Of a DNA stretch of 64,000 nucleotides, positions 1 through 9,332 are shown one piece after another. A program made the position numbers and the translations under genes. Numbering within the stretch: position 1 is the stretch's first letter; each line of letters starts with the position of its first letter. Source of the stretch: Syntrophales bacterium (lineage in GTDB: Bacteria > Desulfobacterota > Syntrophia > Syntrophales > UBA2210). The notes under the pieces were generated by a model. That model did no database searches, was not told the origin of the DNA, and was given only the letters and a program-made list of their open reading frames with translations. The stretch spans positions 381,675 through 445,674 of the forward strand of contig CAXXKT010000002.1 in assembly GCA_963662405.2 (NCBI GenBank), read 5' to 3'.

Positions 1-362
1 TCAATGCCGCTGTCGAGTCGGCCCGCGCCGGTGAGGCGGGTGCGGGTTTTGCGGTCGTCGCGGAGGAGGTCAGGAACCTGGCGCTTCGCTCGGCCGAGGC
101 CGCCCGGAATACGGCCGACCTGATCGCCGAGACGGGGAAAACCATCGGCGAGGGGACCGAACTGGTTTCCGGCACCGATACCGCCTTCCTCAATGTCGCC
201 GACAGCGTGACCCAGGTTGTGGGTCTGATCGCCGATATCGCCGACTCATCAAACCACCAGGCGGAAGGGATCGAGCATATAAACCTGACCGTTGCCGAAA
301 TGGCCCAGATAGTGGAATCAAAGAATGAGGTACACCAACACTACCAACTGATCGAGGCCTGA
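1..362 (+). CDS. Methyl-accepting chemotaxis protein, 3' part (runs off window start)
   Basis: Frame from nt 3 reads [27 protein letters not shown], the MCP signalling hairpin; TGA at 360-362. Absent from the ORF track because it has no start in the window. Confidence 0.93.
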   Translation, partial: NAAVESARAGEAGAGFAVVAEEVRNLALRSAEAARNTADLIAETGKTIGEGTELVSGTDTAFLNVADSVTQVVGLIADIADSSNHQAEGIEHINLTVAEMAQIVESKNEVHQHYQLIEA

Positions 363-369
363 GATGGGG

Positions 370-400
370 GGGGACCGGGGAGAATCCCCGGTCCCCTTTC
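370..400 (+). terminator. Intrinsic terminator after the MCP
   Basis: GGGGACCGGGGA-GAA-TCCCCGGTCCCC 12-bp stem followed by TTT. Confidence 0.75.
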
Positions 401-453
401 TATCCGGCAGCATGACATCGCCGTTTCCCCCCGTATTTGCAACCTAAAATTCC

Positions 454-516
454 TTGACAGAAAATTTTCACGGGATATGGTGTTTCTCTCAAACAGTGAC
501 ATAATTGAGATGTCAC
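454..516 (+). promoter_or_regulatory. Putative sigma70 promoter with a downstream palindromic operator
   Basis: TTGACA(454)-16 nt-TATGGT(476); perfect inverted repeat GTGACAT-N7-ATGTCAC at 496-516. Confidence 0.45.
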
Positions 517-562
517 GTCGAGCCCTTGCTGATTGATACAGGACACAAAGGAGATCTTCACG

Positions 563-979
563 ATGGATTATACCCATATGACCGCTCCGTGCGGGCTGGC
601 CTGTTTTAATTGTCCCCTTTATTTTGCCATCGAGAATGAATCACTCAGAGTAAAACTGGCGAAGCGCATGGATATCCCGATTGAGAAAATAGCCTGCCGG
701 GGATGCCGGGACGAACAGGGCATCATCCCCTATCTCGACATGACTGAACCCTGCAACGTCTATCGGTGCACCCGGGAGAAGGGAATCGACTTCTGCTGCG
801 ACTGCGGGGATTTCCCCTGTGATTATCTGCACCCCTACGCGGACCGGGCGGACCGGATCCCGCACAATACGAAGATCTTCAACCTCTGTCTGATCAGGAA
901 GATGGGCTTGGAAGAATGGGCACGAGAGAAGGCACGGGATGTTCAACAGACCTACTACCAGGGGAAGTGGAAGCTATAA
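563..979 (+). CDS. Cys-rich DUF3795-type protein (probable metal/Fe-S binding)
   Basis: APCGLxCxxC...CxGC...C..C...CCDCxxFPC pattern; RBS AAGGAG before ATG 563. Confidence 0.8.
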   Translation: MDYTHMTAPCGLACFNCPLYFAIENESLRVKLAKRMDIPIEKIACRGCRDEQGIIPYLDMTEPCNVYRCTREKGIDFCCDCGDFPCDYLHPYADRADRIPHNTKIFNLCLIRKMGLEEWAREKARDVQQTYYQGKWKL

Positions 980-1022
980 GGCAAGAGATCATTCTTCGTT
1001 GATAATCATTTTCGATCCGACG

Positions 1023-1061
1023 AGGACCCCGGGCATACTTGATAGTCGGGGTCCTTTTCTT
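1023..1061 (+). terminator. Intrinsic terminator
   Basis: AGGACCCCG...CGGGGTCCT stem followed by TTTCTT, between convergent genes. Confidence 0.65.
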
Positions 1062-1098
1062 GATTTGACCGAGTGGGTGAAGCATTTTTCAGAGAGTC

Positions 1099-1352
1099 CT
1101 ATACCGCAAGGAACTGTCTTCGGACCTCGTGGTGCTGTTCCAGCTCCCCGGCGCTTCCGCTGTAGACGATACGCCCCCTCCCCATCAGGGAGACCCGGTG
1201 GGCGATAGAGAGGGCCACCTTCAGATTCTGCTCCACCCGCAGGATTGAAACACCCGTCTTCTCGTTGATCTCCGCCAGGACGTTCCGTACCTCCCGCACC
1301 ATGATCGGCGCCAACCCCTCCGTCGGCTCATCAACCAGCAAAAGACCCGGAT
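1099..1352 (-). pseudogene. C-terminal remnant of a LivF-like ABC transporter ATPase
   Basis: LLLVDEPTEGLAP (Walker B/D-loop) and VEQN(L) are present; Walker A and the signature motif are missing and upstream sequence is unrelated. Confidence 0.75.
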
Positions 1353-1599
1353 TCACCTCAACTGTTAGAATTTCTTCCGCCACGTCTTTTCTGCGATACA
1401 TTCGGTTCCATCTTCGTCTCGCCGAGATGTCTTCAGGGATAAACAGCCTAAAGATGTTTGAAAACACTCAAAAATCCTACTTTAGTAGTATTTACAATCC
1501 CCCCTCCTCCTGCCATTCTAAGAACCAAGAAAAGAGTACGAATCGACGTCCCGGTGACGGGGATACACGGCGATTCATTGGAGAGCACGGGGGTGCATC

Positions 1600-2235
1600 A
1601 TGAAAAAGATATTTATTACCGTGGTTATTTTTCTATGCGTCGCAACCAGCAGTTGGGCGACCTACACGGGAAGCATCGTCGGAGGCAACACGCTGTTCGG
1701 AACGGACGGATGGAGTAGTGCCGTTCTGAGCTGGGATGTCAGTTTCGAGAATAATGCCTGGGTTTACAATTATACCTTTTCAGCTGCAGAGAAGGCGATC
1801 AGCCATCTGATTCTTGAGGTATCGGGCACCTTCACTTCCGATAACATCCTGGACGGAACCACCACCGGATACACGCTCGGCACGTATAGCGAAAGCAACG
1901 GGAATCCCGGCATGCTTGGTTCGATCATCGGCCTGAAGTGGGATACGGACGGGATCGATACAACGGAGTCGATCACCATCGTATCCGACCGGGCCCCCAT
2001 GTGGGGTGACTTCTACGCGAAAGACGGGGTCCAGGGCGGGGTTCTTGCCTACGCGTACAATACGCAATTCGGTTCCGATACCACCGCATCGATCGGCGAA
2101 GGCAACGCGGGCGGCTGGGTACTGGTCCCGGATACTCAGAGTTCGCCCCCCGTCCCCGAACCGGGGACCATGCTCCTCCTTGGGGCCGGCCTGATCGGTC
2201 TGGCAGGGGCAAGCAGAAAAAGGATCAGGAAATAA
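1600..2235 (+). CDS. PEP-CTERM sorting-domain surface protein
   Basis: N-terminal signal peptide; C-terminal VPEPGTMLLLGAGLIGLAG plus basic tail RKRIRK; Thr/Ser/Gly-rich body. Confidence 0.92.
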   Translation: MKKIFITVVIFLCVATSSWATYTGSIVGGNTLFGTDGWSSAVLSWDVSFENNAWVYNYTFSAAEKAISHLILEVSGTFTSDNILDGTTTGYTLGTYSESNGNPGMLGSIIGLKWDTDGIDTTESITIVSDRAPMWGDFYAKDGVQGGVLAYAYNTQFGSDTTASIGEGNAGGWVLVPDTQSSPPVPEPGTMLLLGAGLIGLAGASRKRIRK

Positions 2236-2254
2236 CAACCGGAACGTAAGGTAT

Positions 2255-2300
2255 AAAAAAGTCTTGGTGGTCCTGCGCGAAGGGACCGCCAAGACTTTTT
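2255..2300. terminator. Bidirectional intrinsic terminator
   Basis: A6-GTCTTGGTGGTCC...GGACCGCCAAGAC-T5 between convergent genes. Confidence 0.85.
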
Positions 2301-2394
2301 CGGTTTGAGAAATCGACGTTCCAACACGTTCGCCGTCTCCTTTTGTTCCAGTCCACTCGGCTGCACGGTTCAGGATATCCCTTCAATGTTCGCT

Positions 2395-3564
2395 CTAAAA
2401 GGGCGGGTGGACGGTCATGAAGGTAAAGACGCCCATCCCGTTCTGCTCCGGTTTTGTCGGTTCGCCGTTGATCACGCGGGTCATGAGATTAATCAGTTCA
2501 TCTCTGAGCGTGTCAAGCGGCTTTCCCTCCACCAGCCCTCCCGCATTGATATCCATGTCGTCTTCCATGTCTACATAGAGCCGACTGTTGCTCGCCACCT
2601 TGATGACCGGGACCGTCGGAAAACCCGCCGGTGTTCCCCTCCCCGTTGAAAAGAGAATCAGTTGCGATCCGCTCGCCGCGAACCCCGCCATGGAATCGGC
2701 ATCGTATCCCGGCCCGTCCTGCAGGATCAGACCCTTTTCCAGGGGGGCAGCCGCGTAGTCCACTACTTCACTGATCGTCCCGGCCCCTCCCTTGACGATA
2801 CACCCCATGGACTTCTCCGCGATGGTGCTCATCCCGCCATCCATGTTTCCCGGTGTAATCACCAGTCCGGCCAGTTCACCCATCACCGCGCGGGTTCGTT
2901 CCTCGGCACGATCCACCATCTCAGTAATCTGTTTCGCCACCCCCGGATCCTTCGCTCGACGCGCAAGGACATGCGCCGTTCCGATCATTTCCGTGTTTTC
3001 ACCGAACATCACCGTCGCCCCGCGGTCAACCAGCCAGTCCGCCACGGTTCCGATCGCCACGTTCGCCGTGACACCCGACAGGGCATCGGACCCCCCACAT
3101 TCGATGGAAAGGAGAAGATCTCCCCACGAGATCGGCTCACGCCTCCGTTCCCCCAGTTGCTCCAGATACCTTCGCGCGGCCTTGATCCCCTTCTCCGCCG
3201 TCTTCAAGGATCCCCCTTCATCCTGAACGTTCAAAATCGTCAGAGGCTTGCCGATCTCCTCAAGCTGCGGCGCCAGGGCCCTGATATTGGAGATCTCACA
3301 TCCAAGACCGATCAGGACGGCCGCCCCGACGTTGGGATTTCGTATCATCCCCGTCAAAACCCGAAAGAGGATCTCGATATCGCGGAGACCTCCCCGGCCG
3401 CATCCGTGGGCGTGAGTGACACAGACCGCCTCGGGGACCTCTCGTGATATTCTGTTGATCACCCCGTTAACGCAGGAAACGGTTGGGATCACGAGGACAT
3501 GGTTTCGAATACCAACTCGCCCGTCGCTCCGCCGGTATCCGCTGATCGCCGTTACTTCTTCCAT
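2395..3564 (-). CDS. UxaA/GarD-family dehydratase, large (beta) subunit
   Basis: GYRRSDGRVGIRN, NPNVGA, LGCE, ECGGSD, TPGNMDGG, EKSMG and FSTGRGTP motifs. Confidence 0.9.
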   Translation of the reverse strand: MEEVTAISGYRRSDGRVGIRNHVLVIPTVSCVNGVINRISREVPEAVCVTHAHGCGRGGLRDIEILFRVLTGMIRNPNVGAAVLIGLGCEISNIRALAPQLEEIGKPLTILNVQDEGGSLKTAEKGIKAARRYLEQLGERRREPISWGDLLLSIECGGSDALSGVTANVAIGTVADWLVDRGATVMFGENTEMIGTAHVLARRAKDPGVAKQITEMVDRAEERTRAVMGELAGLVITPGNMDGGMSTIAEKSMGCIVKGGAGTISEVVDYAAAPLEKGLILQDGPGYDADSMAGFAASGSQLILFSTGRGTPAGFPTVPVIKVASNSRLYVDMEDDMDINAGGLVEGKPLDTLRDELINLMTRVINGEPTKPEQNGMGVFTFMTVHPPF

Positions 3565-3836
3565 CGTCCGCTCTCCACATTATGCGTGTGTATCCAGGCG
3601 CCACGTTCGATCTTCCGTGCGCTGACCGCTACCACCTCCCCGTACTTGACGATCTCTTCTCCGGCATCGATATCCCGAAGGGCGATCTTGTGACTCGCCG
3701 GTATAGCCTCTTTGGCGATCAGATCCCCCACACCCTCGCACAGGATCCCCTCCCCGGCCGCCAGGTCGCGGAGGGCCACCCCGACGTTGTCTTCTGGGTC
3801 AATAATCATCATTTTGTGTTGCACGGGGCACCTCAT
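3552..3836 (-). CDS. UxaA-family dehydratase, small SAF-domain (alpha) subunit
   Basis: DNVGVAL...HKIAL.DI..GE.IVKYG...G.WIHTHN; ATGA overlap with the upstream gene. Confidence 0.88.
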   Translation of the reverse strand: MRCPVQHKMMIIDPEDNVGVALRDLAAGEGILCEGVGDLIAKEAIPASHKIALRDIDAGEEIVKYGEVVAVSARKIERGAWIHTHNVESGRWKK

Positions 3837-5086
3837 GCCTCCGGGGGCTTCATATACTGCATGGTCCCGTCCTGGATCACGGCGACCCGCGCTCCCTCGG
3901 GGTACTCCTTCTCCAGCAAGGTCAACACCTCCGGCCAGCTCTTGACGATGGTTGCATCATCGATATGACAGATCAAATCGAGCATTGTCCGGTCAGGATG
4001 GGGTGCCATAATGACGAGTCGCTTCATGCCAGCCCGTATGAACCCCTGTCCCGCAATCTTGGGTTGAAAGTGACGGCCGCCGTAATCGGTCCCCCAGGCC
4101 CGCATGACGTAGTGAGGAACCTGCCCCTCCGGGGCGTCGGAGATGAGAACCGCCGTACCCGAACCGCCGGGTTTCAGCGCCATCAATGACAGAAGGAGGG
4201 AGATAGCCGATTCATTCGCCTTTCCATAGGCGTTGCAGACGGCGATATCGTACCCGGTCGCGTGGGGAATACCGTAGTGTTCCCTCCCTTCCTCTCCCCC
4301 AGCCTGGTGGGTGGCCCTGAACGAGCCCGCATAGAGACTGGCGATCTCACCTCGTCGATTGATCAGACAATCTATCTTGAAGTCGAGTCCCGCCAGATCA
4401 CCGGCGGCATCGCACTCGGCCCGCATGATATTGTCGTCGAAACGACCGAGGCCGGTTCGGCCGGGATCACGATGCAACTGGTTGTGAAACTGGTTGATCG
4501 ATTCGATCCCGGCGATCCCGGGGAGGATGATCTTCGCGCCCCCGCCGAACCCAACGTGGACGTGGGCGGTGATACACCCGATCCCGATCCTCAGATCGCA
4601 ATTCATGAACTCGCGATTGAGCCAGACCTCTACCCCCGTCGGCGTTCGCCCCACCCGGACGGTGTTCTGAAAGGGATCGTGGTTGTAGACGGCATAGTTT
4701 TCGACGATATGATCCCCCAGCTTCTTTCGGGCATTGATCATATCGTAGGTACCGTGACTCCCCAGGGCCCAGATAAACCGGATCTGATCCCTCTCCATTC
4801 CACTCCGGTGGAGAGCGTCCAAGACAAAGGGGGCAACATCCTTGACCGGCGTGGGGCGGGTCATGTCGTCAAAGACGATGACCGCCTGTCTCTTCCCTTT
4901 AGCAAGCTCCTCAAGGGTCGGGCCTTCGATCGGCTGTTCAACCTTCCGACGTATCTCTTCCGGGGAAAGGCCGGGGTTATCAAAACCGGGAGAGGTCAGA
5001 TCGTCCACCTCCCACCGGTCGGGGAAGGTCAGCTCCCTCTCCTCATTTTCGTACCAGAGACGTGACGGTATCGAGACCTTTTTCAT
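3833..5086 (-). CDS. larA: LarA-family nickel-pincer-dependent 2-hydroxyacid racemase/epimerase
   Basis: DDMTRPTP, ALGSH, HVHVGFGGGAK(IILPG) and a downstream His match the LarA active-site pattern. Confidence 0.85.
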   Translation of the reverse strand: MKKVSIPSRLWYENEERELTFPDRWEVDDLTSPGFDNPGLSPEEIRRKVEQPIEGPTLEELAKGKRQAVIVFDDMTRPTPVKDVAPFVLDALHRSGMERDQIRFIWALGSHGTYDMINARKKLGDHIVENYAVYNHDPFQNTVRVGRTPTGVEVWLNREFMNCDLRIGIGCITAHVHVGFGGGAKIILPGIAGIESINQFHNQLHRDPGRTGLGRFDDNIMRAECDAAGDLAGLDFKIDCLINRRGEIASLYAGSFRATHQAGGEEGREHYGIPHATGYDIAVCNAYGKANESAISLLLSLMALKPGGSGTAVLISDAPEGQVPHYVMRAWGTDYGGRHFQPKIAGQGFIRAGMKRLVIMAPHPDRTMLDLICHIDDATIVKSWPEVLTLLEKEYPEGARVAVIQDGTMQYMKPPEA

Positions 5087-5114
5087 CCCTTTATCCTTTC
5101 CTGCACACCGGTAT

Positions 5115-5786
5115 TTATCCGATCAGGATCACCACCAGCCGCCGCGGGCCGTGCATCCCCTTGAAGGGCCTCCCCTGGATATCCGCCGTCATGCTGGGCC
5201 CCGTGATAAAGCTGATCTGGGAAGGAGCATTTCCCGATCTTCCGTATAGCTGTTCGATCGCTTGCTCATACACCGCAACCATTCGATCAACGGGAACCAC
5301 GGCAATGTGGAGGATGGGGGCAAGAGAGACAAGGCGCGGGTTATGCCTGTTATGCCCTATAACGAGCGTCCCTGTTTCGGCGACGGCGTAATCGACGCCG
5401 GTAATCCCGGCCTGGGCATCATCAAAGAGGGCATCACGATACGAATCACCGTCCCCGAAATCATCTGCGGAGTACACCGTGACTCCACGTTCTGTTCCCC
5501 AACCGGGCAGGTCGAGCGGCGCGACGATCTCATCCGTCGATACCGCCACCCGCTGCAGCCCCTCCTCGGCGGCTATCACCGTGAGTTTGTCAAGCACATT
5601 GTCCTTGTCTCCGACCCGATATACGACACCCTCCTCCGCCGTCAGTTTCTCGGTAAAGGTTGCAATCATCCCTTCCCGGTCAAGGGAAAGCTCCCTCAGG
5701 GGAGGCATCCCCGGCCGGGGGGACACCCCACCTTTCGGTGCCCTCTTGAGCCTTTCCAGGATTTCTTCCCGCGCGTTTTGCTCCAC
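5115..5786 (-). CDS. lutC: LutC/YkgG (LUD domain) lactate utilization protein C
   Basis: GITGVDYAVAETGT, ITGPSMTADI, GMHGP. Confidence 0.9.
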   Translation of the reverse strand: MEQNAREEILERLKRAPKGGVSPRPGMPPLRELSLDREGMIATFTEKLTAEEGVVYRVGDKDNVLDKLTVIAAEEGLQRVAVSTDEIVAPLDLPGWGTERGVTVYSADDFGDGDSYRDALFDDAQAGITGVDYAVAETGTLVIGHNRHNPRLVSLAPILHIAVVPVDRMVAVYEQAIEQLYGRSGNAPSQISFITGPSMTADIQGRPFKGMHGPRRLVVILIG

Positions 5787-5788
5787 AA

Positions 5789-7249
5789 TCAGGTCTCCTC
5801 GTCCGATCTCACGGTGATGGTTTCACTCTTCAGCCGTTTCCAACGCTCATGAAAGGTCTCCCGGGCGACAGGGGGGAGGTTTCTGCTGTGGAACCACCCC
5901 CTGAAAAAAGGACCCATTCCCGCGATCACGCCGCCATGAGCATATCTGTTGACGAGGGGACGGATCAGCTTGACCCCCATCTTCCAGAGGGCACTGTGCG
6001 TGACGACCCGCTGCCAGAGATCAAAAAAAAGCGATTCCAGCCGGAGACGTCTCTCCCCGTGTAATCCTCGATCTCCCTGCACATCCTTTGAACGGTAATA
6101 GAGAAAGAGAGAGGGATGATCGACCCCCGCGGGACATACCTCCCTGCAGGTACCGCACAGGGTGCAGGCCCGGTAGAGATCCTGCGTTCGGTCAAGGCCG
6201 AGGAGGAGGGGGGTGAGGACCTGCCCCATAGGTCCGGAATAGGCCCACCCGTAAGGATAGCCGCCGACCTTTGTGTAGACCGGGCAGAGATTGAGACATC
6301 CCCCGCAGCGGATACACCGCAGGGCCTCACGGGCTATCCAATCGGCGTAGATCTCCGACCGCCCGTTATCGACGATGACAATGAAAAGCTCCTCAGGCCC
6401 GTCGATCTCTCCCGTCCTTCGGGGTCCGTTGTCCATCGTCACATAGGCGGAGATCGCCTGCCCCGTGCAGCACCGCGACAGGAGACGCGTCAGATGCATG
6501 GCATCCGCCATCGTGGGGACTACCTTCTCGAGGCTCATGATCGCGACCAGCGTCCGGGGTGATGACTTATTGAACCGGATATTTCCTTCATTTTCCAGGT
6601 TGATGATCGTCCCCGTCTCGGCCACGGCCATGTTGATACCGGTAATCCCCATCGCGACATGGTGAAACTTGTCACGGAGGAAGATGCGCGCCGCGTATCC
6701 CAGCTCGGTGGGGTCGATGGTCGGTTCCACCATCCCCGCTTTCTCCATGAAGAGGTCGCAGACCTCTTCAACGGGGATGTTGATCGCCGGACCGACGATA
6801 TGGAAGGGGGGACGTCCGAGCTGCTGTACGATAAACTCACCGAGGTCCGTCTCAAAGGGTTCGATCCCGTCCGCGGCGAAGGCGTCGTTCAGTCCCATCT
6901 CCTCCGTCACCATCGATTTTCCCTTCGTGACGTAGGTGACATTCCGTTCACGGGCAAGGGCGAGAACCAGTTCGTTGGCTTGCCGTGCATCACGTGCCCA
7001 GAGGACCTTTGCCCCCTGCGCCAGGGCGTTCTTCTCGAATTCTTCGAGGAGTTCGGGGAGCCGCGCCACGACCTCGGCGCGTATCGCCTGGCCGCCCGCC
7101 TGCGCCGCATCGGGATCGGGGAAGGTACCCATGACACTCTTTCGCCGCGCCGCTATGACCGCGGGCATCGCCTTGAGAAAGAGGCGGGCGTAGGGGTTTT
7201 TGATTTCCTTTTCGGCAACCTCTTTGAAGAGGGAGGTCCTGATCTCCAT
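5789..7249 (-). CDS. lutB: LutB/YkgF Fe-S lactate utilization protein B
   Basis: KGKSMVTEE, ETDLGE, NEGN, CIRCGGCLNLCP, CTLCGTC. Likely start MEIRTS at 7249; the ORF-track extension overlaps lutA. Confidence 0.92.
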   Translation of the reverse strand: MEIRTSLFKEVAEKEIKNPYARLFLKAMPAVIAARRKSVMGTFPDPDAAQAGGQAIRAEVVARLPELLEEFEKNALAQGAKVLWARDARQANELVLALARERNVTYVTKGKSMVTEEMGLNDAFAADGIEPFETDLGEFIVQQLGRPPFHIVGPAINIPVEEVCDLFMEKAGMVEPTIDPTELGYAARIFLRDKFHHVAMGITGINMAVAETGTIINLENEGNIRFNKSSPRTLVAIMSLEKVVPTMADAMHLTRLLSRCCTGQAISAYVTMDNGPRRTGEIDGPEELFIVIVDNGRSEIYADWIAREALRCIRCGGCLNLCPVYTKVGGYPYGWAYSGPMGQVLTPLLLGLDRTQDLYRACTLCGTCREVCPAGVDHPSLFLYYRSKDVQGDRGLHGERRLRLESLFFDLWQRVVTHSALWKMGVKLIRPLVNRYAHGGVIAGMGPFFRGWFHSRNLPPVARETFHERWKRLKSETITVRSDEET

Positions 7250-7250
7250 A

Positions 7251-7985
7251 TTACGCTCCCCGTCCGGTCCCGTCCAGAAAGCTGGCGATATGCATGGCCT
7301 TCTTTTCGGGATGGTTGCGGCTGAGATATCCGTTGATATTGAGGAGACACCCCGGCTCACAGAGGACCAGGAGGTCGGCGCCACTCTCCAGATAATTTTC
7401 GACCTTTTCCTTGACCATCTCTTCGGAGATAAAGTGGTAGCTTTCGGCAAACTCGCCGCCGAAGCCACAGCACATATCGGCGGATGGAAGGGGGACAAAT
7501 TCGACACCCCGTGTCCTTTGGATAAGCCGTTTCGGTTGCTCGGAGACACCGAGCCCCCGGAGGATATGACAGGATTCGTGATAGGTAACCGTCCCGTTGT
7601 ATGCCGCGCCTGTATCTTCGACACCGAGGACATCGACGATATACTGTGAGATCTCGTATATCCGGCCCGAGAGTTCCTCGGCCCGCCTCAGCCATATCGG
7701 CTCATCACGGAAGAGGAGGGGGTAGTGGTATTTCACCATATGGACACACGAACCGGAGGGACTGACGATGACCTCGTCCTCTCCGAAGATGTCGATAAAG
7801 TGTTTCGCCGCCTCTGTGGCTTGTTTACGGTACCCGCCATTCATCGCGGGCTGGCCGCAGCAGGTCTGAGCTTTGTGATAGACCGGATCCACTCCGAGCC
7901 GGCGAAGCACGCGAACGGTCGCCTCCCCGATCTCCGGAAGAAAGACATCCACGATGCAGGGGATAAAGAGAGATGCCTGTTTCAT
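7251..7985 (-). CDS. lutA: LutA/YkgE CCG-domain Fe-S oxidoreductase
   Basis: QTCCGQPA, SGSC, YHESCH, CCGFGG, GCLLNI; RBS GGAGG before MKQ. Confidence 0.92.
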   Translation of the reverse strand: MKQASLFIPCIVDVFLPEIGEATVRVLRRLGVDPVYHKAQTCCGQPAMNGGYRKQATEAAKHFIDIFGEDEVIVSPSGSCVHMVKYHYPLLFRDEPIWLRRAEELSGRIYEISQYIVDVLGVEDTGAAYNGTVTYHESCHILRGLGVSEQPKRLIQRTRGVEFVPLPSADMCCGFGGEFAESYHFISEEMVKEKVENYLESGADLLVLCEPGCLLNINGYLSRNHPEKKAMHIASFLDGTGRGA

Positions 7986-8093
7986 GATCCCTCCATGAGC
8001 CATGGAATACGGTTAAACAGCAAGAAAGGGGCCGTAGATAATATCAACAACACCACCCTCGGCCGTGTATCCCCACGAAGGGCTATACCGGCT

Positions 8094-9005
8094 CTAGGCG
8101 TCGGCTGCTGCTGTTTTTGAATGGAGCATCCGCTCGATCTGACAGTCCTTCTCCTCCCACAGCTCGTTCAACCACTGGTGGAACCTTTCGCGATACTCGG
8201 AATCGTTGAAATAATCACCCAGCAGTTCACTGGTGAGCGGGTACGTCCTGACCCTGACCTTGACCTCGTCCACCTTCCCGCAGAGAAACTGCCAGAAACT
8301 CTTCTCTCCACCGGGGTATGCGATGGTAACATCCACGATGCGGTGCAATTGCTCACCCATGGCCTGGAAGACAAAGGCCATACCGCCGGCCTTCGGCCGG
8401 AGAAGATTCTTGTACGGGGACCGTTGCAGTTTGTGCTTCGTCGACATGAACCTCGTCCCCTCGACAAAGTTCATCACGGAAACGGGAATGGTCTTGAATT
8501 TTTCGCACGCCTTCTTGGTCGTCTCAAGATCCTTGCCTTTGAGGTGAGGATGCTTTTCGAGAAAGGCCTGGGAGTATCGTTTCATAAAGGGAAAATCGAG
8601 GGCCCACCACGCAAGTCCGATGACCGGAACCCATATCAATTCCTTCTTGAGAAAGAATTTCAGGAAGGGAATTTTTCGATGAAAGACCCGCTGCAGGACG
8701 AGGATATCGACCCAGGACTGGTGATTCGACAGGACCATATACCACTCGTTGCGCTTCAGACCTTCCAGTCCTTCCACATCCCAGCGGACCCTGGCGGTAC
8801 ACCGTTGGTTGAAATTATTGACCGCGATCCAGTTATCCGCGATCCTGGAGAGCAGGATATCACAGATCTTGCGCCAACCCCGCAGGGGAATCAGCAGCTT
8901 CAATACAGCGATGAAAAATATTTGTGTTGCAGCAAAAACCGTATTGGCTGCATACAGCAAAAGGGATGCCACTCCCCTCATCAATCCTACAAAAGAACGA
9001 ACCAT
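8094..9005 (-). CDS. YihG-like PlsC-family acyltransferase
   Basis: NHQSWVD (HX4D), FFLKKEL, FVEGTRF, LLRPKAGG. Confidence 0.9.
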   Translation of the reverse strand: MVRSFVGLMRGVASLLLYAANTVFAATQIFFIAVLKLLIPLRGWRKICDILLSRIADNWIAVNNFNQRCTARVRWDVEGLEGLKRNEWYMVLSNHQSWVDILVLQRVFHRKIPFLKFFLKKELIWVPVIGLAWWALDFPFMKRYSQAFLEKHPHLKGKDLETTKKACEKFKTIPVSVMNFVEGTRFMSTKHKLQRSPYKNLLRPKAGGMAFVFQAMGEQLHRIVDVTIAYPGGEKSFWQFLCGKVDEVKVRVRTYPLTSELLGDYFNDSEYRERFHQWLNELWEEKDCQIERMLHSKTAAADA

Positions 9006-9332
9006 GAACTGCTCCTCCCATATCTCAAGCCATCAACCCCCTCCCCATAACACGTTCCACCTTCTTTTTCCAGTCAGGAGATACCACCAGATCAGATTTT
9101 GACCGTCGGATTCGGTTGAAATGGGTGGGGAAGCGATCACGATCCGCTATCTCCTTTGGGAAGAAAGGGGCTGCGAGGGAATCGGGGGAGGCTGTGGGAG
9201 GATGAATACGGTCAGTGCAAGGGCCATCCGCATTTTCATGCCACGTCCCCTTCAAAAAAGATCTGCCTGAACGAATCTATCTCCGGAATAATATGCTTGT
9301 CGGGATACTTTTCAAGGAATTGGGGAAACCTG

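Noticed and set aside
7250..7633. 128-aa N-terminal extension of lutB in the ORF track
   Set aside because: Overlaps lutA in another frame; LutB similarity begins at ATG 7249.
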